A stretch of DNA of 45,162 nucleotides from Candidatus Eiseniibacteriota bacterium (lineage in GTDB: Bacteria; Eisenbacteria; RBG-16-71-46): positions 1 to 45,162 of the forward strand of contig JANLWX010000091.1 in assembly GCA_031364845.1 (NCBI GenBank). The letters run 5' to 3'. The position numbers were made by a program, and so were the translations under genes. The notes beneath the pieces are model-generated. The model saw only the letters and a list, made by a program, of their open reading frames with translations, made no database searches and was not told the DNA's origin. Within the stretch, counting starts at the first letter, position 1. Each line of letters opens with the position of its first letter. Positions 36,808-45,016 of this stretch are shown here, piece by piece.

Positions 36808-37998
36808 ATGCGGATCTTTTCGTTCATGCCTGCGAAGAACCCGTGGAGCGATCTGCGACGAATCCTGATCGCGGTTCCGGTGTGGGGTGTTCCGTTCGCA
36901 CTGTTCTTCGGGACCCTGTTCGGCGCGAGCCGCGGCGACTACGTCGGCGCCTACATTGCATCATTGGTGTTCGCGGGGAGCATCAACCTGTGCATCTGGG
37001 CCGTCAGCTGGTTTGTGCGCCCGCGCCTGCTTCCCGAAGCCACGACCCCGACCCGCGGGCTCGGGTGGAAGTACAGCGTGCTGTACGGCACGACTTCGAT
37101 GTTCGGTTCGGTGCTGGCGGCGGTGGTGCTCCACCTCACGATCATGCCCGGATTCCTCGGCGGCCCGCGCCAGGTCGCGGTCGTGCTGATGTTCGCCCTG
37201 TTGTTCGTGGTCCTGTTCGGCGCGCTGATGTACGCGGTGTCCTACTACCGCGACTCGATCGAGCGCGCGAAGTCGGACCAGGAGTTGGACCTCGCGCGGC
37301 GCATCCAGCGCTCTTTCTTGTTGTCGCAGTTCCCGGCACTGCCGCGGCTCGAGGTCTATGCCGTCAACGTGTCGTCGAAGCAGGTGAGCGGCGACTTCTA
37401 CGACGTCGTGGTGGCGGGCGAGGACTCGTATCTCCTCGCGATCGCCGACGTCGCGGGCAAGGGCGTGCCGGCGGCATTGCTGTCGTCGATGTTGCAGGCG
37501 TCGCTGCGGACACAGGCGATGACTTCGAGCGGCGTGGGCGAGGTCCTCCGCAACATCAACACGCTGGTCTACCGCAGCACCGCCGTCCAGCAGTTCGCGA
37601 CGTTCTTCCTCGCGCGCATCGAGGAGCGCACCATGCGCATGGCGTTCTCCAACGCCGGGCACAACTTTCCGGTCGTGTTCCGCCGCGGTGGCGAGCGCGT
37701 GATGCTCGAGCGGGGTGGCACCGTGGTCGGCATCCTCGAGTCGGCGACGTTCGAAGAGGATTCGATCGAGCTGCGCCCCGGCGACCGCGTCGTGCTCTAC
37801 ACCGACGGCATCAGCGAGGCCGCCGACGCCGCGAACGACTTGTTCGGCGAAGAGCGTCTCTACGCTTGCGTCGAGCGGATGCCCGAGCACCTCTCGGCGA
37901 AGGAGATCACCGAAGGCATCCTTGCCGCGGTCCGCGAGCATCTCGGCGGCCTCGAGGCCGGCGACGACATGACGGTGATGGTGCTGCGCGTCATCTAG
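36808..37998 (+). CDS. 4-TM sensor-SpoIIE (PP2C) serine phosphatase
   Basis: Four TMs, ELDLARRIQ, SGDFYD, DVAGKG, NAGH, YTDGISE, DDMT. Alternative start at 36826. Confidence 0.9.
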   Translation: MRIFSFMPAKNPWSDLRRILIAVPVWGVPFALFFGTLFGASRGDYVGAYIASLVFAGSINLCIWAVSWFVRPRLLPEATTPTRGLGWKYSVLYGTTSMFGSVLAAVVLHLTIMPGFLGGPRQVAVVLMFALLFVVLFGALMYAVSYYRDSIERAKSDQELDLARRIQRSFLLSQFPALPRLEVYAVNVSSKQVSGDFYDVVVAGEDSYLLAIADVAGKGVPAALLSSMLQASLRTQAMTSSGVGEVLRNINTLVYRSTAVQQFATFFLARIEERTMRMAFSNAGHNFPVVFRRGGERVMLERGGTVVGILESATFEEDSIELRPGDRVVLYTDGISEAADAANDLFGEERLYACVERMPEHLSAKEITEGILAAVREHLGGLEAGDDMTVMVLRVI

Positions 37999-38029
37999 CG
38001 CGAGGCGCGCAGCGCCTCGCGCATCTTTC
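37998..38029 (+). terminator. Terminator after the phosphatase gene
   Basis: GCGCGAGGCGC-GCA-GCGCCTCGCGC stem followed by ATCTTTC. Confidence 0.6.
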
Positions 38030-38109
38030 ACCCGATCCCCCTTCAGACCCCACGCTCTCGCTCGATCTTCATGGCAGTTTCCGGTCCCTCCCCCGCCATC
38101 TCCGTTCGC

Positions 38110-38142
38110 GACCGTTCATCCTCCCCGTTCGACCGCCCATCG
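38110..38142 (+). promoter_or_regulatory. Putative LytTR-type operator, copy 2
   Basis: GACCGTTCATC (38110) and GACCGCCCATC (38131), 21-bp period, upstream of an operon ending in a LytTR regulator. Confidence 0.65.
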
Positions 38143-38199
38143 CCCCGGGCATCGCCCGAACCGCGGCCGCCCCCTAAGTTGTCCCGTGAAGGAGACGCC

Positions 38200-39315
38200 A
38201 TGGAATCCACCGCATCCTGTACCACCGAAACCCGCACGCCGAGTCTGGGCCGCGCACTGCTGGCCACCCTGTGGCAGCAGCCGCTCTATGCGATCCCGTT
38301 CGCGCTGTTCTTCGGGACGCTCTACGGGGCGACGCGCGAGGCGTACGGGATGTCGTTCAAGCTTTCGCTGGTGTTCGCCTTCACGGTCCGGCTTGCGATC
38401 GTGGCGCTCGCGACGTGGGGACTGCCCTATCTCCGGCGTCGCTCCTCGCGCGACGGCCGGCTCCCGATCATGATTGAAGCTCCTGCCTACATGGTCACTT
38501 CCATCATCGGATCCGCCGCCGCCGCACTCATCGTCCACAACACGCTGATGCCCGGGTTCCTCGGAAGCCCGCGCGCGATCGCGGCATCGGGTGCCTACAC
38601 GGTGCTGTTCACCATCACGTTCTCGGGCATCGCGTACGCGATCGCGTTCTACAAGGAGTCCATGGCGCGTGCGCGCGCGATCGAGACCATGCGCGTGGCG
38701 CTGGCCGAGGCCGAACTGCGCGCATTGCGCGCCCAGGTCCAGCCGCACTTCCTGTTCAACACGCTCAACACCATCGCGGCCCTGGTGCGCGTGAATCCCG
38801 CCGAGGCTGAAGAGACGATCACGCGGCTCGCCGATGTGTTCCGCCACTCGCTGCGCGCCTCCGAGCATGCGCACATGCGGCTCGGCGACGAACTCGACTT
38901 CGTGCGCGCCTACCTCGAGATCGAGCACACGCGCTTCGGCGAGCGGCTGCACGTCGAAGAGCGGATCGAGCCCGGCCTCGACGGCCTCATGGTGCCGAGC
39001 CTGCTGCTCCAGCCGCTGGTCGAGAACGCGGTGCGCTACGCGGTGGCACCGCGCACCGAAGGCGGCACCGTCGGGCTCGGCGCTCGCCGCGAAGGCGACC
39101 TGCTGGTGCTCGAAGTCTGGGACGACGGTCCCGGCATGAGCGGTACCGCCTCCGCGTCCGGCAACGGATTCGGTCTGCACTCCGTGCGCGAGCGTCTGCG
39201 CGCTGCCGGGCCGCCGCACGCGTTCGAGATCGAAAGCTTGCCCGGTTCGGGCACGCGCCTGCGCCTCACGATTCCGATCCTCACCTCCACCCTCACCGAA
39301 GGAGCCTCACGATGA
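38200..39315 (+). CDS. LytS/YehU-type sensor histidine kinase with 4-TM sensor
   Basis: AQVQPHFLFNTLNTI H-box, LQPLVENA, DDGPG, GFGL; SD AAGGAG before ATG 38200. Confidence 0.92.
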   Translation: MESTASCTTETRTPSLGRALLATLWQQPLYAIPFALFFGTLYGATREAYGMSFKLSLVFAFTVRLAIVALATWGLPYLRRRSSRDGRLPIMIEAPAYMVTSIIGSAAAALIVHNTLMPGFLGSPRAIAASGAYTVLFTITFSGIAYAIAFYKESMARARAIETMRVALAEAELRALRAQVQPHFLFNTLNTIAALVRVNPAEAEETITRLADVFRHSLRASEHAHMRLGDELDFVRAYLEIEHTRFGERLHVEERIEPGLDGLMVPSLLLQPLVENAVRYAVAPRTEGGTVGLGARREGDLLVLEVWDDGPGMSGTASASGNGFGLHSVRERLRAAGPPHAFEIESLPGSGTRLRLTIPILTSTLTEGASR

Positions 39316-40079
39316 ACGTCACGCGTTCGCTCGTTCCTCTAGCCCTGCTGGCTGCGTTGTTCGTCTCGCCGCTCGCGCACGCGGCGGATCCCACGCCGAT
39401 CGAGGCGGCAACGGTCGCACTCGCGCAGGCCACCTACGACACGCCCGAAGCGATCGTCAAAGCGCGCGCGCAGATCGCCGGGCTCCAGGCGGTCGATCCG
39501 AAGTCTGCCGAACTGCACTACTGGGTGGCGCTCGCCGACTACCGGCTCGTTCCACGCCTGATGAGCAAGGACAAGAAGGAAGCGGGCCGCTACATCAAGG
39601 ACGGGATCGAGCATCTCGACCAGTCGCTCAAACTGCATCCGAAGTTCGCTGATGCGATCGCGCTACGCGCCGGCATGCAGGGGCTGTCGGTCGCGATCGA
39701 TCCGTCGCGCGGCATGATGCTGGGCATGGAGATGGAGGAGGCGTACGGGCGGGCACTCGGCATGGAGCCTTTGAATCCCCGCGTCCTGCTGCTGCAGGGC
39801 ATCAACACCCTCAACAAGCCGAAATTCGTCGGCGGCGGTGCCGACAAGGCGCTCGTCACCTTCCTCAAGGCGATCGAGTTGTTCGCGGCCGAAACGCCGG
39901 GTGACATTCACTGGGGACACGACGAGGCCTACGCATGGGCCGGCCGCGCGGCGGCGAAGCTCGACAAGACCGCCGACGCGCGCGCGTTCTACCAGAAGGC
40001 GCTCGCAATCAACCCCGCCAATCACTGGGTCGAGCACGTGCTGCTGCCGGCGCTCGACAAGGAGAAAGCGAAGTCCTGA
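39312..40079 (+). CDS. Exported TPR-like helical protein
   Basis: Signal peptide ending AHA; TPR-like segments (YGRALGMEPLNPR, YQKALAINP), PKFVGGG; ATGA overlap with the kinase. Confidence 0.8.
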   Translation: MNVTRSLVPLALLAALFVSPLAHAADPTPIEAATVALAQATYDTPEAIVKARAQIAGLQAVDPKSAELHYWVALADYRLVPRLMSKDKKEAGRYIKDGIEHLDQSLKLHPKFADAIALRAGMQGLSVAIDPSRGMMLGMEMEEAYGRALGMEPLNPRVLLLQGINTLNKPKFVGGGADKALVTFLKAIELFAAETPGDIHWGHDEAYAWAGRAAAKLDKTADARAFYQKALAINPANHWVEHVLLPALDKEKAKS

Positions 40080-42307
40080 TGGGACCGCGTGCCCGCAACG
40101 TGTCCATCGCCTTCACGGCGGCCTTGCTTCCGATCGTGGCGGCGCTCATCACCGCCGCCGCGCATGCCGCGACGATCACCGGGATTGTCCGGGACAAGGA
40201 CGGCAAGCCGGTCGAATACGCGAACATTGCCGTTCCCACCGCGCGCATCGGCACGGTGTCGGGGGCCGATGGCCGGTTCTCGTTCGCAGTGCCGGATGGT
40301 CCCGCCGTGATCGAGATCACGCAGATGGGCTACGAGAAGGTGAAGCTCGTGCTGGTCGCGTCGCCCGCGATGGCCGAGCTGACGATCACGCTGCCCGACG
40401 CACCGGTGCCGGTCGGCGAAGTCGTCGTCACCACGTCTTCGTTCGGCAAGGTCGGCAAGAGCGAAGGCGCGACGTTGCGCCGGCTCGACGTGCTCACCAC
40501 TCCCGGGGGAGCGGGCGACGTGTTCCAGGCGCTGCGCGCGCTGCCGAGCATCAACGCGCCCGACGAGGGTGCGGCCCTCTACGTGCGCGGAGGCGATCCG
40601 AAGGAAACGCTGATCCGGCTCGATGGCGGCGAGATCGGACATCCCTACCACTACGAAGGCGCCTCGGGCGGGCTGTTCTCCGCATTCGACACCTACATGC
40701 TCAAGAGCGCGTTCTTCTCGAGCGGCGGATTCTCGGCCAAGTACGGCGGGGTGCTCTCGGGCGTCCTCGACATCGAGACGCAGGATCCGATGAACCTTCG
40801 CACGTTCTCGGTCGGCGCCAACATCGTCGGCGGCGGTGTGTCGGGCAGCTGGTCGCTGATCCCCGACCGGCTGTCGCTGGTCGGCACCATGCGCGCGAGC
40901 GACGTGCGGCTGCTGAACCGCCTCTACCCCGCGCCGGATGAATACGTGCAGGCGCCGGCGAGCGGCGATGGCGCCGGGCGGCTGCTCTATCGCTACTCGA
41001 CCACGGGACGGCTCGCGCTGCTCTATCTGGGATCAGCCGACCGCATCAGCGTGATCTCACAGCACCTGAACTACGAGGGTGCCTACTCGCGGCGCTCGCG
41101 CAATCAGCTCGCCGCACTCCAGTTCCAGGATGCGATCGCCGGGCGGTTGGCACTCAAGGGCCAGGTCTCGGTGCAGCGCTATCGCACGCGCTGGACGTTC
41201 GGGCCCTCGAACGTCGAAGAACGCGAAGCGCACGCGCAGGCGAACGTCGATGCGGTATGGGAGGCCTCGGACCGCCACGAGCTGTCGTTTGGCGCGGGCA
41301 TCCGCCGCCGCGAAGACGACATCGCCGGCGCGTTCCCCTCCGACAGCACCGACTATTCCGGCGGAGCGCCGGTGCGCTTCCACGACACGCGGCCCACACT
41401 CGATACACCCGGGTTCTATGTCGAGGACAAGGCGCGCGTGTGGGGTCCGTTGTACGCGACCCTCGGCGCGCGCTTCGACTACGTTTCGCTCGCGAACGTG
41501 TGGACCGTCGATCCGCGCGCGGCCCTCGCGTGGCGCCTCGGCGATCAGCAAACGCTACGGATCGCGACCGGCCGCTACCATCAGCCCGCGGACGCTTCCT
41601 ATCTCGATCCGGTCTACGGCAATCCGGTGCTGCGCCCGCTCGCCGCCGATCACCTGATCGCCGGATACGAATGGGCGTCGCCCGATCTCAATGTGAGGAT
41701 CGAAGGCTATCGCAAGGACTATCACGACCTGATCACCCAATCAGCGGAGACGTTCTACGCCAACGACGGCCACGGCTACGCGCGCGGCTTCGACGTATTC
41801 GTGCGCGGCCGCCGCGGTCCGGTCTCCGGCTGGGTGTCCTACGGCTATCAAGACAGCCGGCGCAAAGAGGGCGACGACACGTCAGAGGTTCCGTCTCGCT
41901 ATGGCGTGCCGCACTCGGTGACGCTGGTCGGCGCGTATCAGCTGCCGTCGATGTGGCAGCTCGGCGCGCGCATGGGCTATTCGAGCGGACGCGCCTACAC
42001 GCCCATCATGGGCGCCACTTACGACGCCGGGCGCGACACCTGGCATCCGATCGAAGGCGCGCGCTACTCGGCGCGGCTGCCCGACTACCGACGGCTCGAC
42101 GTGCGGGTGACGCGGCTGTTCTCGCTGCCCGAACTGGGCGGTGTCCCGGCGAGCAGCACGTGTGTGTTCTATGTCGAAGCCATGAACGTGCTCGGCATCG
42201 GCAACGTACTCGACTACGTGTACAACGAGGACTACTCCGAGCGGCGCGAGAATCTGTCGTACTTCAGCCGTCGCATCGTGGTGGCCGGATTCGGCCTGAC
42301 GTGGTAA
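40079..42307 (+). CDS. TonB-dependent receptor with N-terminal CarboxypepD_reg-like domain
   Basis: ITGIVRD..GKPVEYANI, EVVVT, plug motifs YVRGG and GGFSAKYGGVLSGVLDI, barrel motifs DPR and RLDVR, terminal aromatic W; TGATG overlap. Confidence 0.9.
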   Translation: MGPRARNVSIAFTAALLPIVAALITAAAHAATITGIVRDKDGKPVEYANIAVPTARIGTVSGADGRFSFAVPDGPAVIEITQMGYEKVKLVLVASPAMAELTITLPDAPVPVGEVVVTTSSFGKVGKSEGATLRRLDVLTTPGGAGDVFQALRALPSINAPDEGAALYVRGGDPKETLIRLDGGEIGHPYHYEGASGGLFSAFDTYMLKSAFFSSGGFSAKYGGVLSGVLDIETQDPMNLRTFSVGANIVGGGVSGSWSLIPDRLSLVGTMRASDVRLLNRLYPAPDEYVQAPASGDGAGRLLYRYSTTGRLALLYLGSADRISVISQHLNYEGAYSRRSRNQLAALQFQDAIAGRLALKGQVSVQRYRTRWTFGPSNVEEREAHAQANVDAVWEASDRHELSFGAGIRRREDDIAGAFPSDSTDYSGGAPVRFHDTRPTLDTPGFYVEDKARVWGPLYATLGARFDYVSLANVWTVDPRAALAWRLGDQQTLRIATGRYHQPADASYLDPVYGNPVLRPLAADHLIAGYEWASPDLNVRIEGYRKDYHDLITQSAETFYANDGHGYARGFDVFVRGRRGPVSGWVSYGYQDSRRKEGDDTSEVPSRYGVPHSVTLVGAYQLPSMWQLGARMGYSSGRAYTPIMGATYDAGRDTWHPIEGARYSARLPDYRRLDVRVTRLFSLPELGGVPASSTCVFYVEAMNVLGIGNVLDYVYNEDYSERRENLSYFSRRIVVAGFGLTW

Positions 42308-42319
42308 GACCCTGACCCC

Positions 42320-43096
42320 ATGAGCCCCGCCCCGCTGCGCGTGTTGATCGTGGATGACGAACCCCTCGCCCGTTCGCGGACGCGGCGCCTGCTCGAGACC
42401 GCCGAAGACCTGGTGATCGCCGGCGAAGCCGGCTCGGCCGGAGAAGCGCGCGAACGCATCGCCGCCTCGCGGCCCGATCTGCTGCTGCTCGACATCCAGA
42501 TGCCAGGCGAGGACGGATTTCAGCTGCTCGCGTCACTCGACCCGCGTCCGGCCGTCGTATTCGTCACCGCGTTCGATCACTACGCCGTTCGCGCGTTCGA
42601 GGAGAACGCGTGCGACTACCTGCTCAAGCCGTTCCGCGCCGAGCGGCTCACGCAGGCTATCGACCGCGCGCGCCGCGACCTCGAGCGTCCCGAAGAACTG
42701 TCGAGGCGCCTGTCCGAGCTGCTGAGCGGACTCGACCGCAGCCGCCTCGGCGCCTCGATCCATCTTGAGCGCTTCACCGTCCGCGTCGGCCAGCGTCAGT
42801 TGATCCTCAAGTCCGAAGAAGTGATGTGGTTCGGCGCCGAGGACAAGCTCGTGTTCGCCGCGACCGCGACCGACCGCCACTACGTGAACTTCACACTCGA
42901 CCAGCTCGAGACGAAGCTCGACCCCGCCCGCTTCGCGCGCGTCCATCGCGCCGCGATCGTGAACCTCGACTGGGCGGCGGCGTTGCGTCCGGGATTCGCG
43001 GGGACGTGGCGGTTGCAGTTGAAGGATGCGGCGCGCACGGAGGTGCCGGTGAGCCGTGCGCGGGCGCGGGTGCTGAAGGAGCGGCTGGGGGCGTAA
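42320..43096 (+). CDS. LytTR-family response regulator
   Basis: IVDDEPLA, LDIQMP, FVTAF, DYLLKP receiver; LytTR motifs FARVHRAAIVN and VPVSR. Confidence 0.93.
   Translation: MSPAPLRVLIVDDEPLARSRTRRLLETAEDLVIAGEAGSAGEARERIAASRPDLLLLDIQMPGEDGFQLLASLDPRPAVVFVTAFDHYAVRAFEENACDYLLKPFRAERLTQAIDRARRDLERPEELSRRLSELLSGLDRSRLGASIHLERFTVRVGQRQLILKSEEVMWFGAEDKLVFAATATDRHYVNFTLDQLETKLDPARFARVHRAAIVNLDWAAALRPGFAGTWRLQLKDAARTEVPVSRARARVLKERLGA
43015..43096 (+). repeat. Direct repeat copy 1 (3' end of the LytTR gene)
   Basis: 82 bp matching 44320-44400 with 8 substitutions and 1 gap. Confidence 0.9.
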
Positions 43097-43169
43097 GGCC
43101 AGGATTCAGTTCTATATTTTCCCGCGATTCTGGATTGTAATACACTGTCCTACCTCAAGGAGATCCCGG

Positions 43170-44108
43170 ATGCCGCAGTCTTGGATGGCTCGATCCCTCT
43201 TTCGTCTCGCCGCGGTGACCAGCTTCTTCGCCCTCTGCAGTATGGCCTGGACGACGCTCGCGCGCGCGGGAGACGACGCGCCACCCGACCTGAGCGGTGA
43301 ATACAGTTTCACCGGAACCATGCCCGACAGCACCGATTGCAGCGGCACGTTCGTCATCAAGAAACGCATGACGGTGAGCCCCCACGACGGCCCCCAGTAC
43401 AACTCCTACGACATCAAGATGAAGTACAACGCCGGCTGGAAAGGCATGGGCGTGGGCACTTTCATCGACGGGCATTTCAACTTCGCCGTAGCCAAAGACA
43501 CCAAGTACCTCGCGGTGGTGACGTACCGCCCGATGGTGTTGTCCCCGTATATGCAGGACCTCAAGCAAAAGTTGAAAGACAAGCAGGCCAGCCGCCCGGG
43601 TGGGATGCTTCAGTTCCATGTGGCGGATGATCCGTGGTGGGCCGACGCATGGACCTACAAGCACTACGGCGTGTTCTTCCGCGCCGACGGATCATGGGGA
43701 TTCGAGAATCTGGGCCCCGAGCATCTGGGCGATACGCCGGCGCTGGGTGACGGCACATGGCGCTTCGTGCGCCATTACTACGACAACAAGGGCAAGCGGG
43801 ACATCCTCGACTACCGGAGCGGCGAGGTCACTGCCGCGGTCAAGGGCGACGCCGTCGAGGTCCAGTTGAGCTACACCAACGACCGCGGCAAGCTCGGCGA
43901 ACCGGTCATGAATTCAGGCCTCATGCCCGAGCCGAACATGCTCGTCGCCGTGTTCAATGGTGAGGGTGATGAAGCGGTCGGCTCGTGCAAGCCGTCGGGG
44001 CTCACCATGACGGGCCTCATCTGCGACGCGAAGGACCTGGCGCTCACGTCGATCACGCTGACGGTGCCGGAAGACACGGCAAAGAGAAATCCGGGGCTGT
44101 TCCACTAG
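43170..44108 (+). CDS. Hypothetical exported beta-rich protein
   Basis: SD AAGGAG, upstream TACACT, signal peptide ending ARA, typical coding third-position bias; lower GC than neighbours. Confidence 0.75.
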   Translation: MPQSWMARSLFRLAAVTSFFALCSMAWTTLARAGDDAPPDLSGEYSFTGTMPDSTDCSGTFVIKKRMTVSPHDGPQYNSYDIKMKYNAGWKGMGVGTFIDGHFNFAVAKDTKYLAVVTYRPMVLSPYMQDLKQKLKDKQASRPGGMLQFHVADDPWWADAWTYKHYGVFFRADGSWGFENLGPEHLGDTPALGDGTWRFVRHYYDNKGKRDILDYRSGEVTAAVKGDAVEVQLSYTNDRGKLGEPVMNSGLMPEPNMLVAVFNGEGDEAVGSCKPSGLTMTGLICDAKDLALTSITLTVPEDTAKRNPGLFH

Positions 44109-44160
44109 CCCGGCGGAACCACGATCGGATTTCGTCCCCGCTCCCAGCTCCCGCACTCCT

Positions 44161-44325
44161 GCGGCCTCGTTTCAGTTCGTGCGCAAGCTGACCGGCTTCA
44201 CGGCACCGTTGCGCGCGAACGAGGCGGCCTTTTCGCGCGCCGTGGACGATGTCGCGGCGGTCGCGCGCGTCCTGCTCGACTCAATGGTCACGCCCGCTCC
44301 CGCCAAGGACCGCGCGATCGCAGCT
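44161..44325 (+). pseudogene. Internal remnant of a DUF2277 family gene
   Basis: AASFQFVRKLTGFTAPLRANEAAFSRAVDDVAAVARVLLDSMVTPAPAKDR matches the DUF2277 core as I recall it; the MCRNI N-terminus and the native C-terminus are absent. Confidence 0.7.
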
Positions 44326-44400
44326 CAAGGATGCGGCGCGCACGGAGGTGCCGGTAAGCCGCGCGCGGGCGCGGGTCTTGAGGGAGCGGCTGGGGCGTAG
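44320..44400 (+). repeat. Direct repeat copy 2 (orphan LytTR 3' end)
   Basis: Translates to QLKDAARTEVPVSRARARVLRERLG; 1-bp deletion in the G-run before the stop. Confidence 0.9.
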
Positions 44401-44404
44401 GGAG

Positions 44405-45016
44405 TCATGGGGCCTCCGCCCGCGTCGCGCGGGCTTCAGTCAGCTTGCGCTGAATGAAGGGTATACCGAACACCCTCTCCGCTTCGTACTGGTTGTGCGC
44501 ACGGCAAAGCAAGCGCATCCGTTCCGCGGTGGCTTCGCCACCGCGTGAGACAGGATCGATGTGGTCGAACTCGAGGAACTTTCGCTCCTCGCAGCGATGG
44601 CCCGCTTCGCTCACGAACGTGCACTGGAATCCGTCGCGTTCGCGGACGGCGCGCTTCACGTGCGCGGGAATCGTCCGCGGATTCACGCTCGCGCGAATAC
44701 GCCGGGGTTTGTCCGTCGCAGCGAACTTCGTCTTCTCCTGCGTGGTGATGAGCGCATCGAGTGCCCTCTCCAGCACCTGAGCAAAATCGCCTGAGGGAAG
44801 CGCGTGCGACAGGAGCGCCTGCGCATGGTGCAGCTTGTCGTGCGTCTCCTGGCTCATCGTGAGATGGAGCGCGTAGCGGCGCGGCGCGAGCGGTTCAATC
44901 TTCGCGGGCCTTGCGGGTGAATCAACTGTCTTCGGAGACAGTTCATGTCTCTCTTCGGTCCGAAGGACCGAAGAAGTCTGTCCAGACACTCGCTCGCCTT
45001 CTGCGATCGAGGGCAC
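44405..45016 (-). CDS. HNH endonuclease-domain protein, probably N-terminally truncated
   Basis: IPAHVKRAVRERDGFQCTFVS..GHRC...LEFDHIDP.SRGG...LLCRAHN; in-frame stop at 45068-45070 upstream. Confidence 0.75.
   Translation of the reverse strand: MPSIAEGERVSGQTSSVLRTEERHELSPKTVDSPARPAKIEPLAPRRYALHLTMSQETHDKLHHAQALLSHALPSGDFAQVLERALDALITTQEKTKFAATDKPRRIRASVNPRTIPAHVKRAVRERDGFQCTFVSEAGHRCEERKFLEFDHIDPVSRGGEATAERMRLLCRAHNQYEAERVFGIPFIQRKLTEARATRAEAP

Noticed and set aside
13785..38177. Other long alternative ORFs (13785-15662, 16895-18334, 24685-26586, 27286-28989, 32111-34030, 33592-35127, 36720-38177)
   Set aside because: Each overlaps a motif-supported gene in another frame or strand and has low-complexity, motif-free sequence.
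43015..44400. Repeat pair as a diversity-generating retroelement TR/VR
   Set aside because: Mismatches are not adenine-specific, they are mostly synonymous, and there is no reverse transcriptase in the window.
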